The position numbers and the translations under genes were made by a program. The notes beneath the pieces were generated by a model. The model ran no database searches. It was not told where the DNA came from and saw only the letters and a list, made by a program, of their open reading frames with translations. 64,000 bases of DNA from an uncultured Thermoleophilia bacterium (GTDB taxonomy: Bacteria; Actinomycetota; Thermoleophilia; UBA2241): positions 72,610 through 136,609 of the forward strand of contig CAVXJO010000001.1 of assembly GCA_963762125.1 (NCBI GenBank). The letters run 5' to 3'. The number at the start of each line of letters is the position of its first letter. The stretch's first letter is position 1. Shown here piece after piece: positions 20,000 to 29,078 of this stretch.

Positions 20000-20165
20000 G
20001 CGGCACTTGGAGGTGCCCGCGAGGGCCACCAGAGGGAAGCCGGTGCAAGTCCGGCGCGGACCCGCCGCTGTGACCGGGGACGAAGGCTGCGAGAAGCCAC
20101 TGCCAGCTCGCTGGCGGGAAGGTGCGGCCCGAGGACGATCCGGGAGCCAGAAGACCTGCCTCCAG
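20000..20165 (+). ncRNA. cobalamin (AdoCbl) riboswitch
   Basis: AGAGGGAAGCCGGTGCAAGTCCGGCGCGGACCCGCCGCTGTGACCGGGGACGAAGGC then GCCACTG (B12 box) and GGGAAGG...AGCCAGAAGACCTGCC. These match the Rfam RF00174 conserved core and B12 box. Confidence 0.8.
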
Positions 20166-20236
20166 AGAGTGTGCCGACGCGTCCCGCGTGGTGAACGGGA
20201 TGGCGGCGGCGCATGCTGTGGCCTCGAACACGGGGG

Positions 20237-20275
20237 GCCCGGGCCAGACGAAGTGTCGGCCCGGGCTTTGTCGTC
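20237..20275 (+). terminator. intrinsic terminator / riboswitch expression platform
   Basis: Stem gcccgggcc / ggcccgggc with a 12-nt loop, followed by TTTGTCGTCTTCGT. Lies between the aptamer and the permease start. Confidence 0.5.
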
Positions 20276-20295
20276 TTCGTGACCGGGAGGCAGGC

Positions 20296-21135
20296 GTGCG
20301 AGCAGGAGCGACAGCGGGCGGCCGAGGGCGCCGCTTCTCCGCAGGCCGGCTGCGCGCGCCGAACGGCACCTCGTCTCGCTCGTCGGCAGTTCCGACGGTG
20401 CTCGGCCTGCTGCTGGCGCTCACGGTCGGCGCCGAGCTGGTCGTGCGCGCCCTGCACGTCGCCCCCTACGTCTTCCCGCCGCCGTCAGCCGTGCTGGTGG
20501 AGCTGGCGGCGGAGCCCACGCTCTTCGTCCGCGCTGCACTGGTCACGATCTCCGAGGCCGTCGCCGGCTTCTTGGTGGGGGCGGCGGCCGCGTTCGCGTT
20601 CGCTGCCGCGGCGACGTACTCGCGCCGCCTCGACGAACTGCTCACCCCGCTGGTGGTCGCATCGCAGACGGTGCCGGTCATCGCCTTGGCTCCTCTGCTC
20701 GTGCTCTGGATGGGCTACGGCTCGCCGCCCAAGATCGTCGTCTGCGCACTGATCGCCTTCTTCCCCATGGCGGTCACGGCTCGCGAGGGACTCCGCGCTA
20801 CAGACCCGCAACTGCTGCTGCTCATGCGGTCCGTGGGCGCGAGCCGCCGGGTCATCTTCTGGCGTGTGCGCGTGCCCTTCGCGCTGCCGTATCTCGCCGC
20901 CGGCGCGAGGACCGGCATCACGCTCAGCCTCGTCGGCGCCGTCGTCGCCGAGTGGACCGGGGCCGACAGCGGTCTCGGCTACCTGGTGCTCTCCGCGAAC
21001 GCTCGCCTGGCGACCGCGCAGGCGTTCGCCGCCATCGTCGTCATCACCGCCATCGGTCTGCTCGCCTACGCCGCCGCCGTGCTGCTCGAGCGTCGGCTCT
21101 GCTGGTGGACCCCCGCTCAGAAAGGATCCTCGTGA
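20296..21135 (+). CDS. ABC transporter permease, NitT/TauT (nitrate/sulfonate/HMP) family
   Basis: Six TM segments and the EAA-like loop of the BPD_transp_1 family. GTG start preceded by a GGGAGG RBS. Upstream in-frame ORF sequence overlaps the riboswitch. Confidence 0.8.
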   Translation: MRAGATAGGRGRRFSAGRLRAPNGTSSRSSAVPTVLGLLLALTVGAELVVRALHVAPYVFPPPSAVLVELAAEPTLFVRAALVTISEAVAGFLVGAAAAFAFAAAATYSRRLDELLTPLVVASQTVPVIALAPLLVLWMGYGSPPKIVVCALIAFFPMAVTAREGLRATDPQLLLLMRSVGASRRVIFWRVRVPFALPYLAAGARTGITLSLVGAVVAEWTGADSGLGYLVLSANARLATAQAFAAIVVITAIGLLAYAAAVLLERRLCWWTPAQKGSS

Positions 21136-21140
21136 ACCCC

Positions 21141-22211
21141 ATGGCCCGACCCGGAGCGCGCGCGCTCCCATCCTCGCCTGCCGCCCGAAAGGCGCGACCG
21201 GCTCTCCTCGCGGCGCTGCTGGTGCTCGTCGCCGCCGCGGCGCTCTCCGGCTGCGGCGGCCGCGCCGATGCGGCGACGAGCGACCCCTCCGGCGCCGCGG
21301 CGCCCGACGTCTCCGAGGTGACGCTGATCATGGACTGGGTGCCCTGGGTCCTCGACATACCTCTCGACGTAGCCCAAGACAAGGGGTTCTACGCGGACCA
21401 CGGCCTGACGGTGAAGCAGACGCTGCCGGCCGGCGCGACGGACGTGGCCAAGTTCGTCTCCACCGGCAAGGCGCAGTTCGGCCTGTACTACGCGCCCGAC
21501 ACGCTGATGGGCGTGGCCGCGGGCGCTCCGCTGCTCTCGGTGGCCAGCCTCATGAGCCACGCGCCCGTCGGGATGGCGATGGCGCCGGGGGTGCACGCCC
21601 GGACCCCGGCGGACCTGGCGGGTACGACGGCCGGAGTGGTGATGATCCCCTCGACGCGCGCCTCGTTCGCGACCATGCTTGACGCCGGCGGCGTCGACCC
21701 TGCTGCCGTCAAGGTCGCCGATCCGGGCTTCGACCTGGTCGCGCCACTGCTCGCCGGCAGGTACGACTCGGTCGCGGTGACCGAGTTCGGCGAACTCGTC
21801 CAGGCCGATGCGACCGGCCAGCAGCTCGACTATCTCGACTTTCGCGACTGGGGCACGCCGGACTACGCGTTCCTCAACGTGCTGACCCAGAAGGGATTCG
21901 CCGCCGAACATCCGGCGACGGTCAAGGCTTTCGTGGCCGCCACGATGCAGGGTCTCGATTGGGCCGTGGCGCATCCCGACGAGGCGGTCGCCATCTACGT
22001 GGCCCGCCATCCCGAGCTCGAGCCCGGGCTGCTGCTGGCGCAGTGGCAGGCCGCGATCCCGTCGATGGCGACGGGGACGGGACACATATCTGGCTCCCAG
22101 GACGTCGCTGCGTGGGAGCGGCTGAACGAGTGGATGGTGACGACGGGTCAGCTCGAGAAGAGCGCCGACGTGACCGGCACGGTGAGCGACGACTACCTGC
22201 CGGCAGAATGA
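21141..22211 (+). CDS. ABC transporter substrate-binding lipoprotein, NMT1/THI5-like (ThiY/SsuA-type)
   Basis: Lipobox LSGC. Reading (LIMDWVPWVLDIPLDVAQDKGFYADHGL...) fits NMT1/THI5-type binding proteins. Stop overlaps the ATPase start (ATGA). Confidence 0.8.
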   Translation: MARPGARALPSSPAARKARPALLAALLVLVAAAALSGCGGRADAATSDPSGAAAPDVSEVTLIMDWVPWVLDIPLDVAQDKGFYADHGLTVKQTLPAGATDVAKFVSTGKAQFGLYYAPDTLMGVAAGAPLLSVASLMSHAPVGMAMAPGVHARTPADLAGTTAGVVMIPSTRASFATMLDAGGVDPAAVKVADPGFDLVAPLLAGRYDSVAVTEFGELVQADATGQQLDYLDFRDWGTPDYAFLNVLTQKGFAAEHPATVKAFVAATMQGLDWAVAHPDEAVAIYVARHPELEPGLLLAQWQAAIPSMATGTGHISGSQDVAAWERLNEWMVTTGQLEKSADVTGTVSDDYLPAE

Positions 22212-23080
22212 CCGCCGCGGCGCTCACGGTGACGGCGGTCTCGGCCGGCTACGGCAGCGGCGAAGACGCCTCAGGCGGAGTGCTGGCCGGCGTCGACTTC
22301 GAGGTGCTCGCCGGTGAGTGTCTCGCCGTCGTCGGCCGCAGCGGCTGCGGCAAGAGCACGCTCCTCAATGTCCTTGCCGGCGTGCATGCACCGGCGGCCG
22401 GGGGCGTCCGCGTGGGCGGCGAGGTCGTCGCGGGGGGCGACTTGCGGGGCACGGGCTCGCCCGGCTGCACGTCGGGTCACGCCGCGTATCTGTTCCAGCA
22501 GGACCTTCTGCTGCCGTGGAAGGGAGCTCTCGCGAACGCCGTGTTCGCGGCGCGCGTGGCGGCTGGACGCGCCGCCCGCCGCGATCGACGCGGGCTCGAG
22601 CGGCGCGCCGAAGCGTTGCTCCGCGAGTTCGGTCTTGGTGACAGCCTGGAGCTACTGCCGCGCGAATTGTCCGGAGGCATGCGTCAGCGCGTGGCCCTGG
22701 CCCGGACCGTGCTCATGGACCGTGGGGTGATCCTTCTCGACGAGCCGTTCGGAAGTCTCGACGCGGTCACCCGCGCTGAGATGCGTCTCTGGCTGCTGGA
22801 CGTGATGGCGGCGCACCCCGCGACCTGGGTGCTGGTCACCCATGACGTGGACGAGGCGGTGCTGCTCGGCGACCAGGTCGCCGTCTTGCGCGGCCGGCCG
22901 GCGCGGCTCGAGGGCCGGTCACCGGCCACGCTGAGCCGCGCCCGGCGCCGGCGGATCGCGGCCGTCGCCGCGGGGGAGCCGGCGGATGCCGCGGGGCACT
23001 CGCGCTCCGACCTGGAGGCTGCCGCTGCGGCCGCCGCCGGTCTGCGCCGCGCCTTGCTTGACGAGCGGCGGGCCTCGTGA
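22208..23080 (+). CDS. ABC transporter ATP-binding protein (NitT/TauT family)
   Basis: Walker A GRSGCGKST, signature LSGGMRQR, Walker B ILLDEPFGSLD, H-loop VTHD. Confidence 0.85.
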   Translation: MTAAALTVTAVSAGYGSGEDASGGVLAGVDFEVLAGECLAVVGRSGCGKSTLLNVLAGVHAPAAGGVRVGGEVVAGGDLRGTGSPGCTSGHAAYLFQQDLLLPWKGALANAVFAARVAAGRAARRDRRGLERRAEALLREFGLGDSLELLPRELSGGMRQRVALARTVLMDRGVILLDEPFGSLDAVTRAEMRLWLLDVMAAHPATWVLVTHDVDEAVLLGDQVAVLRGRPARLEGRSPATLSRARRRRIAAVAAGEPADAAGHSRSDLEAAAAAAAGLRRALLDERRAS

Positions 23081-23114
23081 GTGCGCCTGGGGAGAGAGGC
23101 CGCGCTCGATTGAC

Positions 23115-23295
23115 CCTCGGCTGCGGCGGCTGTAGCCTTGCCGGGCATCTCTCAGCTGCTGGGAAGCCGGTGCAAGGCCGGCGCTGCCCCGCAACTGTAG
23201 GCGCCGACGAACGTCGCACGGAAGCCACTGCCCCGCGGGGTGGGAAGGCGCGGCAAGTAGGACGACGCGCAAGCCAGGAGACCGTGGCCGGGAGA
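23115..23295 (+). ncRNA. cobalamin riboswitch (second copy) preceding cobU
   Basis: CTGGGAAGCCGGTGCAAGGCCGGCGCTGCCCCGCAACTGTAGG then GAAGCCACTG and GGGAAGGCG...AAGCCAGGAGACC. The downstream GAGGGAGGG RBS is likely sequestered by the expression platform. Confidence 0.75.
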
Positions 23296-23328
23296 TCACT
23301 GCGACAACGCCTCGAGGGAGGGCCTGCG

Positions 23329-24075
23329 GTGGACACAGCAGACGACCAGTCCGGCCAGGGCCGGCTCATTCTCGTCACGGGCGGCGCCCGCAGCGGCAAG
23401 AGCACGTACGCGGAGCGGCTCGCGGCGCGGCTTGCCGAGCCGCGTGGCGGCCGGGTCACCTATATCGCCACGTCCGAGGCGCACGACGAGGAGATGGAGC
23501 AGCGCGTGAGCGCGCACCAGACTTCGCGGCCGGAGACGTGGACGACCGTCGAGTGCCCCATCGAGGCGCCGGCGGCTCTGCGCGCGGCCGCCGGCGCCGG
23601 ACCCGCGCGGTCGCCCGGCGCCCCTCCCGTCGTCCTGCTCGACTGCGTCACCCTCTGGGTGACCAATCTGCTCTTCAGCGGCGGCGCGTTCGGCGGCAGC
23701 GAGCCGCCGGAAGACGGCTACAACTACGACAAGGACCTGCTGCCGCCGGCCGAGGAGCGCGCCGCCGCGGAGCGAGTCACGGCCGCGGTCACCGACCTGC
23801 TCGCGGCCGTCGCCGAGACCGGCGTCACGCTCGTGGCCGTCACCAACGAGGTCGGTCTCGGCGTCGTCCCGGAGTACCCGCTCGCCCGCCTCTACCGCGA
23901 CCAGCTGGGCTGGGCCAACCAGCGCCTGGCCCGTGACGCCGACGGCCTCTACCTCCTCGTCTCCGGTTACGCGCTCGACGTCAAAGCGCTGGCTGCCGGC
24001 TCGCCTGCCGCTGTCGGCCCATCCCCCGCCCCGTCCATCGACGACCCTTCGTCACCGTCCAAGGAGCCCCAGTGA
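23329..24075 (+). CDS. cobU: bifunctional adenosylcobinamide kinase / adenosylcobinamide-phosphate guanylyltransferase
   Basis: P-loop LILVTGGARSGKSTYAE. ~248 aa. CobU/CobP family organisation. GTG start 6 nt after the GAGGGAGGG RBS. Confidence 0.8.
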   Translation: MDTADDQSGQGRLILVTGGARSGKSTYAERLAARLAEPRGGRVTYIATSEAHDEEMEQRVSAHQTSRPETWTTVECPIEAPAALRAAAGAGPARSPGAPPVVLLDCVTLWVTNLLFSGGAFGGSEPPEDGYNYDKDLLPPAEERAAAERVTAAVTDLLAAVAETGVTLVAVTNEVGLGVVPEYPLARLYRDQLGWANQRLARDADGLYLLVSGYALDVKALAAGSPAAVGPSPAPSIDDPSSPSKEPQ

Positions 24076-25157
24076 CCGACCTCCTCGACCGCACCCTCGC
24101 CGCCATCGGCCCGCTCGATGCCGACGCCATGCGCGCCGCCGAGGCGCGCCAGCTTCAGCTCACCAAACCACCCAAGGCGCTCGGGCGCCTCGAGACACTG
24201 TCCATCCAGCTCGCCGGCATCCAAGGCCGGGAACAGCCGGTCATCGCGGACAAGGCGATCGCGGTGATGGCGGCCGACCATGGCGTCACCGCGGAGGGCG
24301 TGAGCGCGTTCCCCGCCGAGGTGACGCCGGCGATGGTCTTCAACATGGCCGCCGGCGGCGCCGGCATCAACGTGATCGGCCGCCACGTCGGCGCGCGCGT
24401 CGTCGTCACCGACGTCGGCGTCGACGCCGACCTCAGCGCCGCCGAAGGCGTGCGCCAGAAGAAGATCCGCATGGGCACCGCCAACATGGCCCAGGGTCCG
24501 GCGATGACCCGTGAAGAGGCCGTGCGCGCCGTCGAGATCGGCATCGAACTGGTCGAGGAGGAGCTGGCCAACGGCCTCGACATCATCGCCACGGGCGAGG
24601 TCGGCATCGGCAACACGACGGCCGCGTCGGCCGTCATCGCCGCCCTCACCGGCGAGCCGGCGGCGAGGGTCACCGGCCGGGGCACGGGGATCACCAAGGA
24701 CGCGCTCGCCGGCAAAGTGGCGGTGATCGAGAAGGCGCTGGCGGTCAACTCGCCCGACGCCGCCGACCCGATCGACGTGCTCGCCAAAGTCGGCGGTCTC
24801 GACATCGCCGCCATGACCGGCGTGTTCCTCGGCGGCGCGGCGCACCGCATCCCGGTCGTCATGGACGGGTTCATCAGCGCCGCCGCGGCGCTCGCCGCCG
24901 TGCGCCTCTGCCACGAGTGCGTGGACTACATCCTGCCCAGCCACGTGAGCATCGAGGTCGGCCACCAGGTCGTGCTCGAGGAGCTCGACCTGGTGCCGCT
25001 CTTCGACCTCCAGATGCGCCTCGGCGAGGGCACCGGCGCGGCTCTCTCGATGAGCATCATCGAAGCCTCCGCGCGCGTCCTCAGCGAGATGGCGACCTTC
25101 GAGAGCGCCGGCGTCGCCGGGGACCCCAGTGAGGCCGATTCCGAGCTGACGCGATAA
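24072..25157 (+). CDS. cobT: nicotinate-nucleotide--dimethylbenzimidazole phosphoribosyltransferase
   Basis: Characteristic CobT sequence (LTKPPKALGRLE..., ADHGV, GEVGIGNTT, MDGFISAAAAL). Start codon overlaps the cobU stop. Confidence 0.85.
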   Translation: MTDLLDRTLAAIGPLDADAMRAAEARQLQLTKPPKALGRLETLSIQLAGIQGREQPVIADKAIAVMAADHGVTAEGVSAFPAEVTPAMVFNMAAGGAGINVIGRHVGARVVVTDVGVDADLSAAEGVRQKKIRMGTANMAQGPAMTREEAVRAVEIGIELVEEELANGLDIIATGEVGIGNTTAASAVIAALTGEPAARVTGRGTGITKDALAGKVAVIEKALAVNSPDAADPIDVLAKVGGLDIAAMTGVFLGGAAHRIPVVMDGFISAAAALAAVRLCHECVDYILPSHVSIEVGHQVVLEELDLVPLFDLQMRLGEGTGAALSMSIIEASARVLSEMATFESAGVAGDPSEADSELTR

Positions 25158-25206
25158 GGTCGGCGGCGACTCGAGAACGCAAGCTGGCTCAGGACTTCAC
25201 GAGACG

Positions 25207-26067
25207 ATGACGGACACCGACCAGACACAGGTGCAGGGACCAGACGCGACCCCGCCGCGGGACGGCTCGACCGGCGCCGGCTCCATCGGCCGCCGCCTGA
25301 CGCTCGCCGTGACGTTCCTGACCGGCGTCCCGCTCGAGGTGGAGGGCGATGTGAGCCCCAGCGACCTGTGGGGGAGCATGGGCTGGTACCCGCTCGTCGG
25401 GCTGGCCATGGGCGTCGTCGCGTGGGCGGTCTACGCGGGGCTGATCTGGTTCCTCCCGGGCTTGGTCGCGGCGACGCTGGTCGTCATCCTGCTCGAGTTG
25501 CTCACGCGGGGCTTGCATCTCGATGGCCTGATGGACACGGCCGACGGGATCCTGAGCGGCGCGCCGCGCGAGCGGGCGCTCGAGATCATGAAGGACCACA
25601 ACGTCGGCGCGATGGGCGTCGCGGCGGCGGTCCTTGTCCTGGTGCTCAAGATCGCGGCCCTGGGTGCGCTCGCGCGTGCAGACGCGGCCGCTCCGCTGCT
25701 CGCCGGCTGGTGCGCGGCGCGCACGCTTCCGGCGCTCAACGTCTACTGGTGGCCGTACGCCCGCCCGGTCGGGACCGGAGAGGCGTTCACCCGCGAGCAC
25801 ACTCCGGGGCCTCTGCAGCTGGCCGGCGGCCTGCTGCTGGCCGGCGTCGTCATCGCCGGCCTCGCCGGCCTCTGGATCGGCGCCGCCGGCTCGTGGTACG
25901 CCGGCCTCCTGACCGCCGTGGTCGCGATGGCTGTGGCGCTGGGCGTGCAGGCTGTCGTGGCGAAGCGCCTCGGCGGCCTCACCGGGGACGTCTACGGTAT
26001 GGGCATCGAGCTTGCCGAAGCGGCAGCGCTGGTCGTCGGCTGCGCGATCGTGGGGCTGGCGACGTGA
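25207..26067 (+). CDS. cobS: adenosylcobinamide-GDP ribazoletransferase (cobalamin 5'-phosphate synthase)
   Basis: Multi-TM protein with the DGLMDTADG motif. Confidence 0.85.
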   Translation: MTDTDQTQVQGPDATPPRDGSTGAGSIGRRLTLAVTFLTGVPLEVEGDVSPSDLWGSMGWYPLVGLAMGVVAWAVYAGLIWFLPGLVAATLVVILLELLTRGLHLDGLMDTADGILSGAPRERALEIMKDHNVGAMGVAAAVLVLVLKIAALGALARADAAAPLLAGWCAARTLPALNVYWWPYARPVGTGEAFTREHTPGPLQLAGGLLLAGVVIAGLAGLWIGAAGSWYAGLLTAVVAMAVALGVQAVVAKRLGGLTGDVYGMGIELAEAAALVVGCAIVGLAT

Positions 26068-26948
26068 AGCTATACCTCGTCCGTCACGGCCAGTCTACGG
26101 GTAACATCGGCGGCACGCTGATGGGGCAGAGCGACCATCCGCTGACGCCGCTCGGTGAGAGACAGGCGCGGGCCGCGGCCGGACGCCTGGCGCCGTTCGG
26201 GCCCATGCCCGTGTACTCCAGCGACTTGCCGCGGGCCCGGGCGACGGCAGAGTACGTCGTCGGCGCCTGGACGGCGGCGGGCGGCGTGGTGGCGGCCGCC
26301 GGCAGGCCTGCCCGTCTGACGCTGGATCCGCGCCTTCGCGAGATCGCCCTGGGTGACTACGAAGGCCGCCCCTGGCAGGAGTTCGAGGCAGACACCGCGC
26401 TGACGGCTGCGTTCGCCGAAGATCCGTACCGTACCGCGCTACCGAACGGCGAGTCGCTGGAGCATCTGGAGGCCCGGGTCCATGCTGCCGTCCTCGATAT
26501 CCTCGTGCCGTTCGGCGTCGACGACACGGGCGCGTACTGCGGCAACGCGGTGAGCCAGGGCGACGCCAGCGCCGGCGATCGCAATGGCTCGGACGTCGCT
26601 GCCATGAAGGCCGGGGCGGCGGCGGCCGCCGTTGACGGCGCGGCGACCGCTGGGGCAGGCGAGACAGGCCTGCCGGAGACCATGGACGCGAGCGTCGTCG
26701 CCACAGGTCTCGTGCCGGTGGAGGACGGCGGGTGCGCTTGTCTGGTCGCTCACGACGGCCCCATCCGGGCGATCCTCAACCACTATCTGGGCGTGCCGCC
26801 GGAGAAGTGGTGGACCCTGTCCACCACCCACGGCGGCGTTTCCCTGCTCGAGTTCGCCGGCGGCTGCGTCACGGTCCGCTTCGTGAATGGGACGGGTCAT
26901 CTCGCCGGGCTCGAGCCGGACAAGTACGTGCCGTCCGACGACGACTGA
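26064..26948 (+). CDS. cobC: histidine phosphatase family protein, probable alpha-ribazole phosphatase (CobC) with ~90-aa low-complexity insertion
   Basis: LYLVRHGQS (RHG catalytic motif) ... LAHDGPIRAIL (second His). GTGA overlap with cobS. An Ala/Gly/Asp-rich insert sits between the two conserved halves. Confidence 0.65.
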   Translation: MKLYLVRHGQSTGNIGGTLMGQSDHPLTPLGERQARAAAGRLAPFGPMPVYSSDLPRARATAEYVVGAWTAAGGVVAAAGRPARLTLDPRLREIALGDYEGRPWQEFEADTALTAAFAEDPYRTALPNGESLEHLEARVHAAVLDILVPFGVDDTGAYCGNAVSQGDASAGDRNGSDVAAMKAGAAAAAVDGAATAGAGETGLPETMDASVVATGLVPVEDGGCACLVAHDGPIRAILNHYLGVPPEKWWTLSTTHGGVSLLEFAGGCVTVRFVNGTGHLAGLEPDKYVPSDDD

Positions 26949-26971
26949 CCGGCGTTCCGCCCGCCCCCCTC

Positions 26972-27922
26972 GTGATCTTCGTCCCTCATGACTGGCGTCT
27001 CGCACTGGCCACGGTGCTGCTCGCGGGATTGATCGACGTGACGCTGGGCGAGCCACCGAACGCGCTGCATCCCGTCGTGTGGATGGGCCGGCTGATCGGC
27101 GCGCTGGAGCGGCGCCGGCCGCGGGGCCGACCCGGCGCCGAGTTCGCCTACGGTGTCCTCATCGTGGTCGTGACGGCTGGAGCGGCGTTCGCCGCTGGCC
27201 TGCTGCTCACCCTCGTGCTGGACCGCCTGCCCTTGTGGGGCGCGCTGCTCATCGGCGCCTGCGCGCTCAAGACGACCTTCTCGCTGCGGGGGCTGGTGCG
27301 CGCCGGCCGCGACGTCCAGCGCGCGCTGGCCTCCGACACCGCCGCGGCGCGCGCCTCTCTCGCTGCCCTGGTCAGTCGCTCGCCGGACCTCGATCCGCCG
27401 CTCATCGTCTCGGCGACCATCGAATCGCTGGCCGAGAACCTCACGGACAGCGTCGTCTCGCCGCTGCTCGCCTACGCCCTCTTCGGGCTGCCCGGCGCCT
27501 TGGCCTACAGGGCCGTCAACACGATGGACGCGATGCTGGGCTACCGCGACGAGCGCGAGTACGTGGGCAAGGCTGCGGCGCGCAGCGACGACGCGGCGAA
27601 CTGGCTGCCGACGCGCATCACCGGCCTGCTGCTCGTAGCCGTCTCGGCGCTCAAGGGGACCGCCGGCCGCGCCTGGTGGGCGTTCCGCACGCAGCACCAG
27701 CCCGAGTACGGGCCCAACAAGACCCTGGCCATCGCTACCATGGCCGGCAGCCTGGGTGTGCAGCTGCAGAAGCCCGGGGCGTACGCGCTGGGAACGGCGG
27801 ACCGTGCGCTGACGAGCCAGGTCATCGACGACGCCGTGTGGCGCGTGTGGGCGGCCGGCGGCGCGACGGTCGCGCTGGCCGCCGGCCTCGCCGCTCTGCT
27901 GACCTGGGCGGTGTGGGGATGA
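26972..27922 (+). CDS. cbiB: adenosylcobinamide-phosphate synthase (CbiB/CobD membrane protein)
   Basis: TM protein with HPVVWMGRLIGALE near the N-terminus and the conserved ESLAENLTDSVVSPL region. Confidence 0.8.
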   Translation: MIFVPHDWRLALATVLLAGLIDVTLGEPPNALHPVVWMGRLIGALERRRPRGRPGAEFAYGVLIVVVTAGAAFAAGLLLTLVLDRLPLWGALLIGACALKTTFSLRGLVRAGRDVQRALASDTAAARASLAALVSRSPDLDPPLIVSATIESLAENLTDSVVSPLLAYALFGLPGALAYRAVNTMDAMLGYRDEREYVGKAAARSDDAANWLPTRITGLLLVAVSALKGTAGRAWWAFRTQHQPEYGPNKTLAIATMAGSLGVQLQKPGAYALGTADRALTSQVIDDAVWRVWAAGGATVALAAGLAALLTWAVWG

Positions 27923-29078
27923 CCGCGGGATCGCCGCACGGCGCCGCGCCGGCGGCGGAGTCACCTGCGCCGGCACGCCTGCGCCGGGTCGCGGCGTCCG
28001 TGCACGGCGCGGTCGACCCTTCGGCGCTGCGCGCCGAAGGCATCGATCCGGCCGACCATCGTCGACTTCAGCTCCAACCAGTCGCCGCTCGGAGCGGCGC
28101 CGGCGGTCGCCGCCGCCGTCGCCGGCGCGGTCGTCGACGCGTACCCGGACCCGCGTCGCGGCGGAGCTCACCGCGGCGCTTGCTCTTCGCCATGGCGTGA
28201 CGCCGGCGCACGTGGTGTGCGGCAACGGCAGCACCGAGCTCATCCGGCTGCTGGCTCAGCTGGCGCTACGGCCGGGCGACGTCGCCCTGGCGCTCGCGCC
28301 CGTCTTCGGCGAGTGTGAAGTAGCGACCGCTCTCGCTCGAGCGCGCCTCGAGCGCGTCCCGCTCGCGTACGAAGAGGATGAGGCGGGCTTCTTCTGCGAC
28401 GAGCCCGCCCTCCGCGAGGCGCTCCGCCAGCAGAGCCCCCGGCTCTGCTGGCTCTGCTCGCCGAACAACCCGACCGGGGCGGCGCTGCCCGCGGCGCTGG
28501 CCGCCGCCCTCGCCGCCGACCACCCGGCCACGCTCTTCGTCCTCGACGAGGCCTACTGCGACCTGCTGCCGGACCCACAGTGGAATCGGGCGCAGCTGCC
28601 GCCCGACCTCATCGTCCTACGCTCGATGACCAAGTACTGGGGTCTCGCCGGTCTGCGTCTCGGCTATGCCATCGCCGACCCCGCCGCGGCCGCGGCGCTA
28701 CGCGCCGCGACCCCTCCGTGGAACGTCAATGCCTGTGCTCAGGCGGCCGGCCTGGCGGCGCTCGCCGATGGCCAGCACCATGACCGGGCGGTCGCGCTGC
28801 TCGTCGCCGAGCGCGACCGCCTCGTCGTCGGCCTGTGCTCGCTCGGCTGGATCAGCGAGCCGACCAGCGCCGGCTTCTTCCTCATCCGCGCCGGCGACGC
28901 CGGGGCCGTCCGCGGCGCACTGCTCGCCCGCGGCTGCCTCGTGCGCGACTGCACCTCTTTCGGCCTGCCCTCCCACGTCCGCGTCAGCCCGCGTCACCCC
29001 GGCCAGAACGACTTGCTCCTCGAGGCGTTCTCGTCGCTCGCGCCGCCCCCCGCGGCGGCTGCCGAGGCCCCGCGATGA
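27919..29078 (+). pseudogene. cobD: L-threonine-O-3-phosphate decarboxylase (CobD, class I/II aminotransferase fold) interrupted by two closely spaced +1 frameshifts
   Basis: Three frame segments: MTAGSPHG...LRAEGIDPAD (frame A, from the ATGA overlap with cbiB); IVDFSSNQSPLGAAPAVAAAVAGAVVDAYPDPR (frame B); AELTAALALRHGVTPAHVVCGNGSTELI...SMTKYWGLAGLRLGY (frame C, ORF 28197..29078, contains the PLP-Lys region). Each junction is repaired by deleting a single C, at ~28055 and ~28135. Confidence 0.65.

Noticed and set aside
19990-20200. TPP (THI-box) riboswitch upstream of the NMT1/THI5-type transporter
   Set aside because: No CUGAGA / ACCUGAUCUGGAUAAUGCCAGCG-like THI-box elements are present. 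The sequence instead matches the cobalamin riboswitch core and B12 box.
20122-20295. Longer permease start at ATG 20122 or 20200
   Set aside because: These starts would overlap the riboswitch aptamer and terminator. The GTG at 20296 has a GGGAGG RBS and is placed just before the first TM helix.
27079-28200. 373-aa ORF overlapping cbiB in another frame
   Set aside because: It is a shadow ORF, except for its last ~95 codons, which are the authentic N-terminus of frameshifted cobD.
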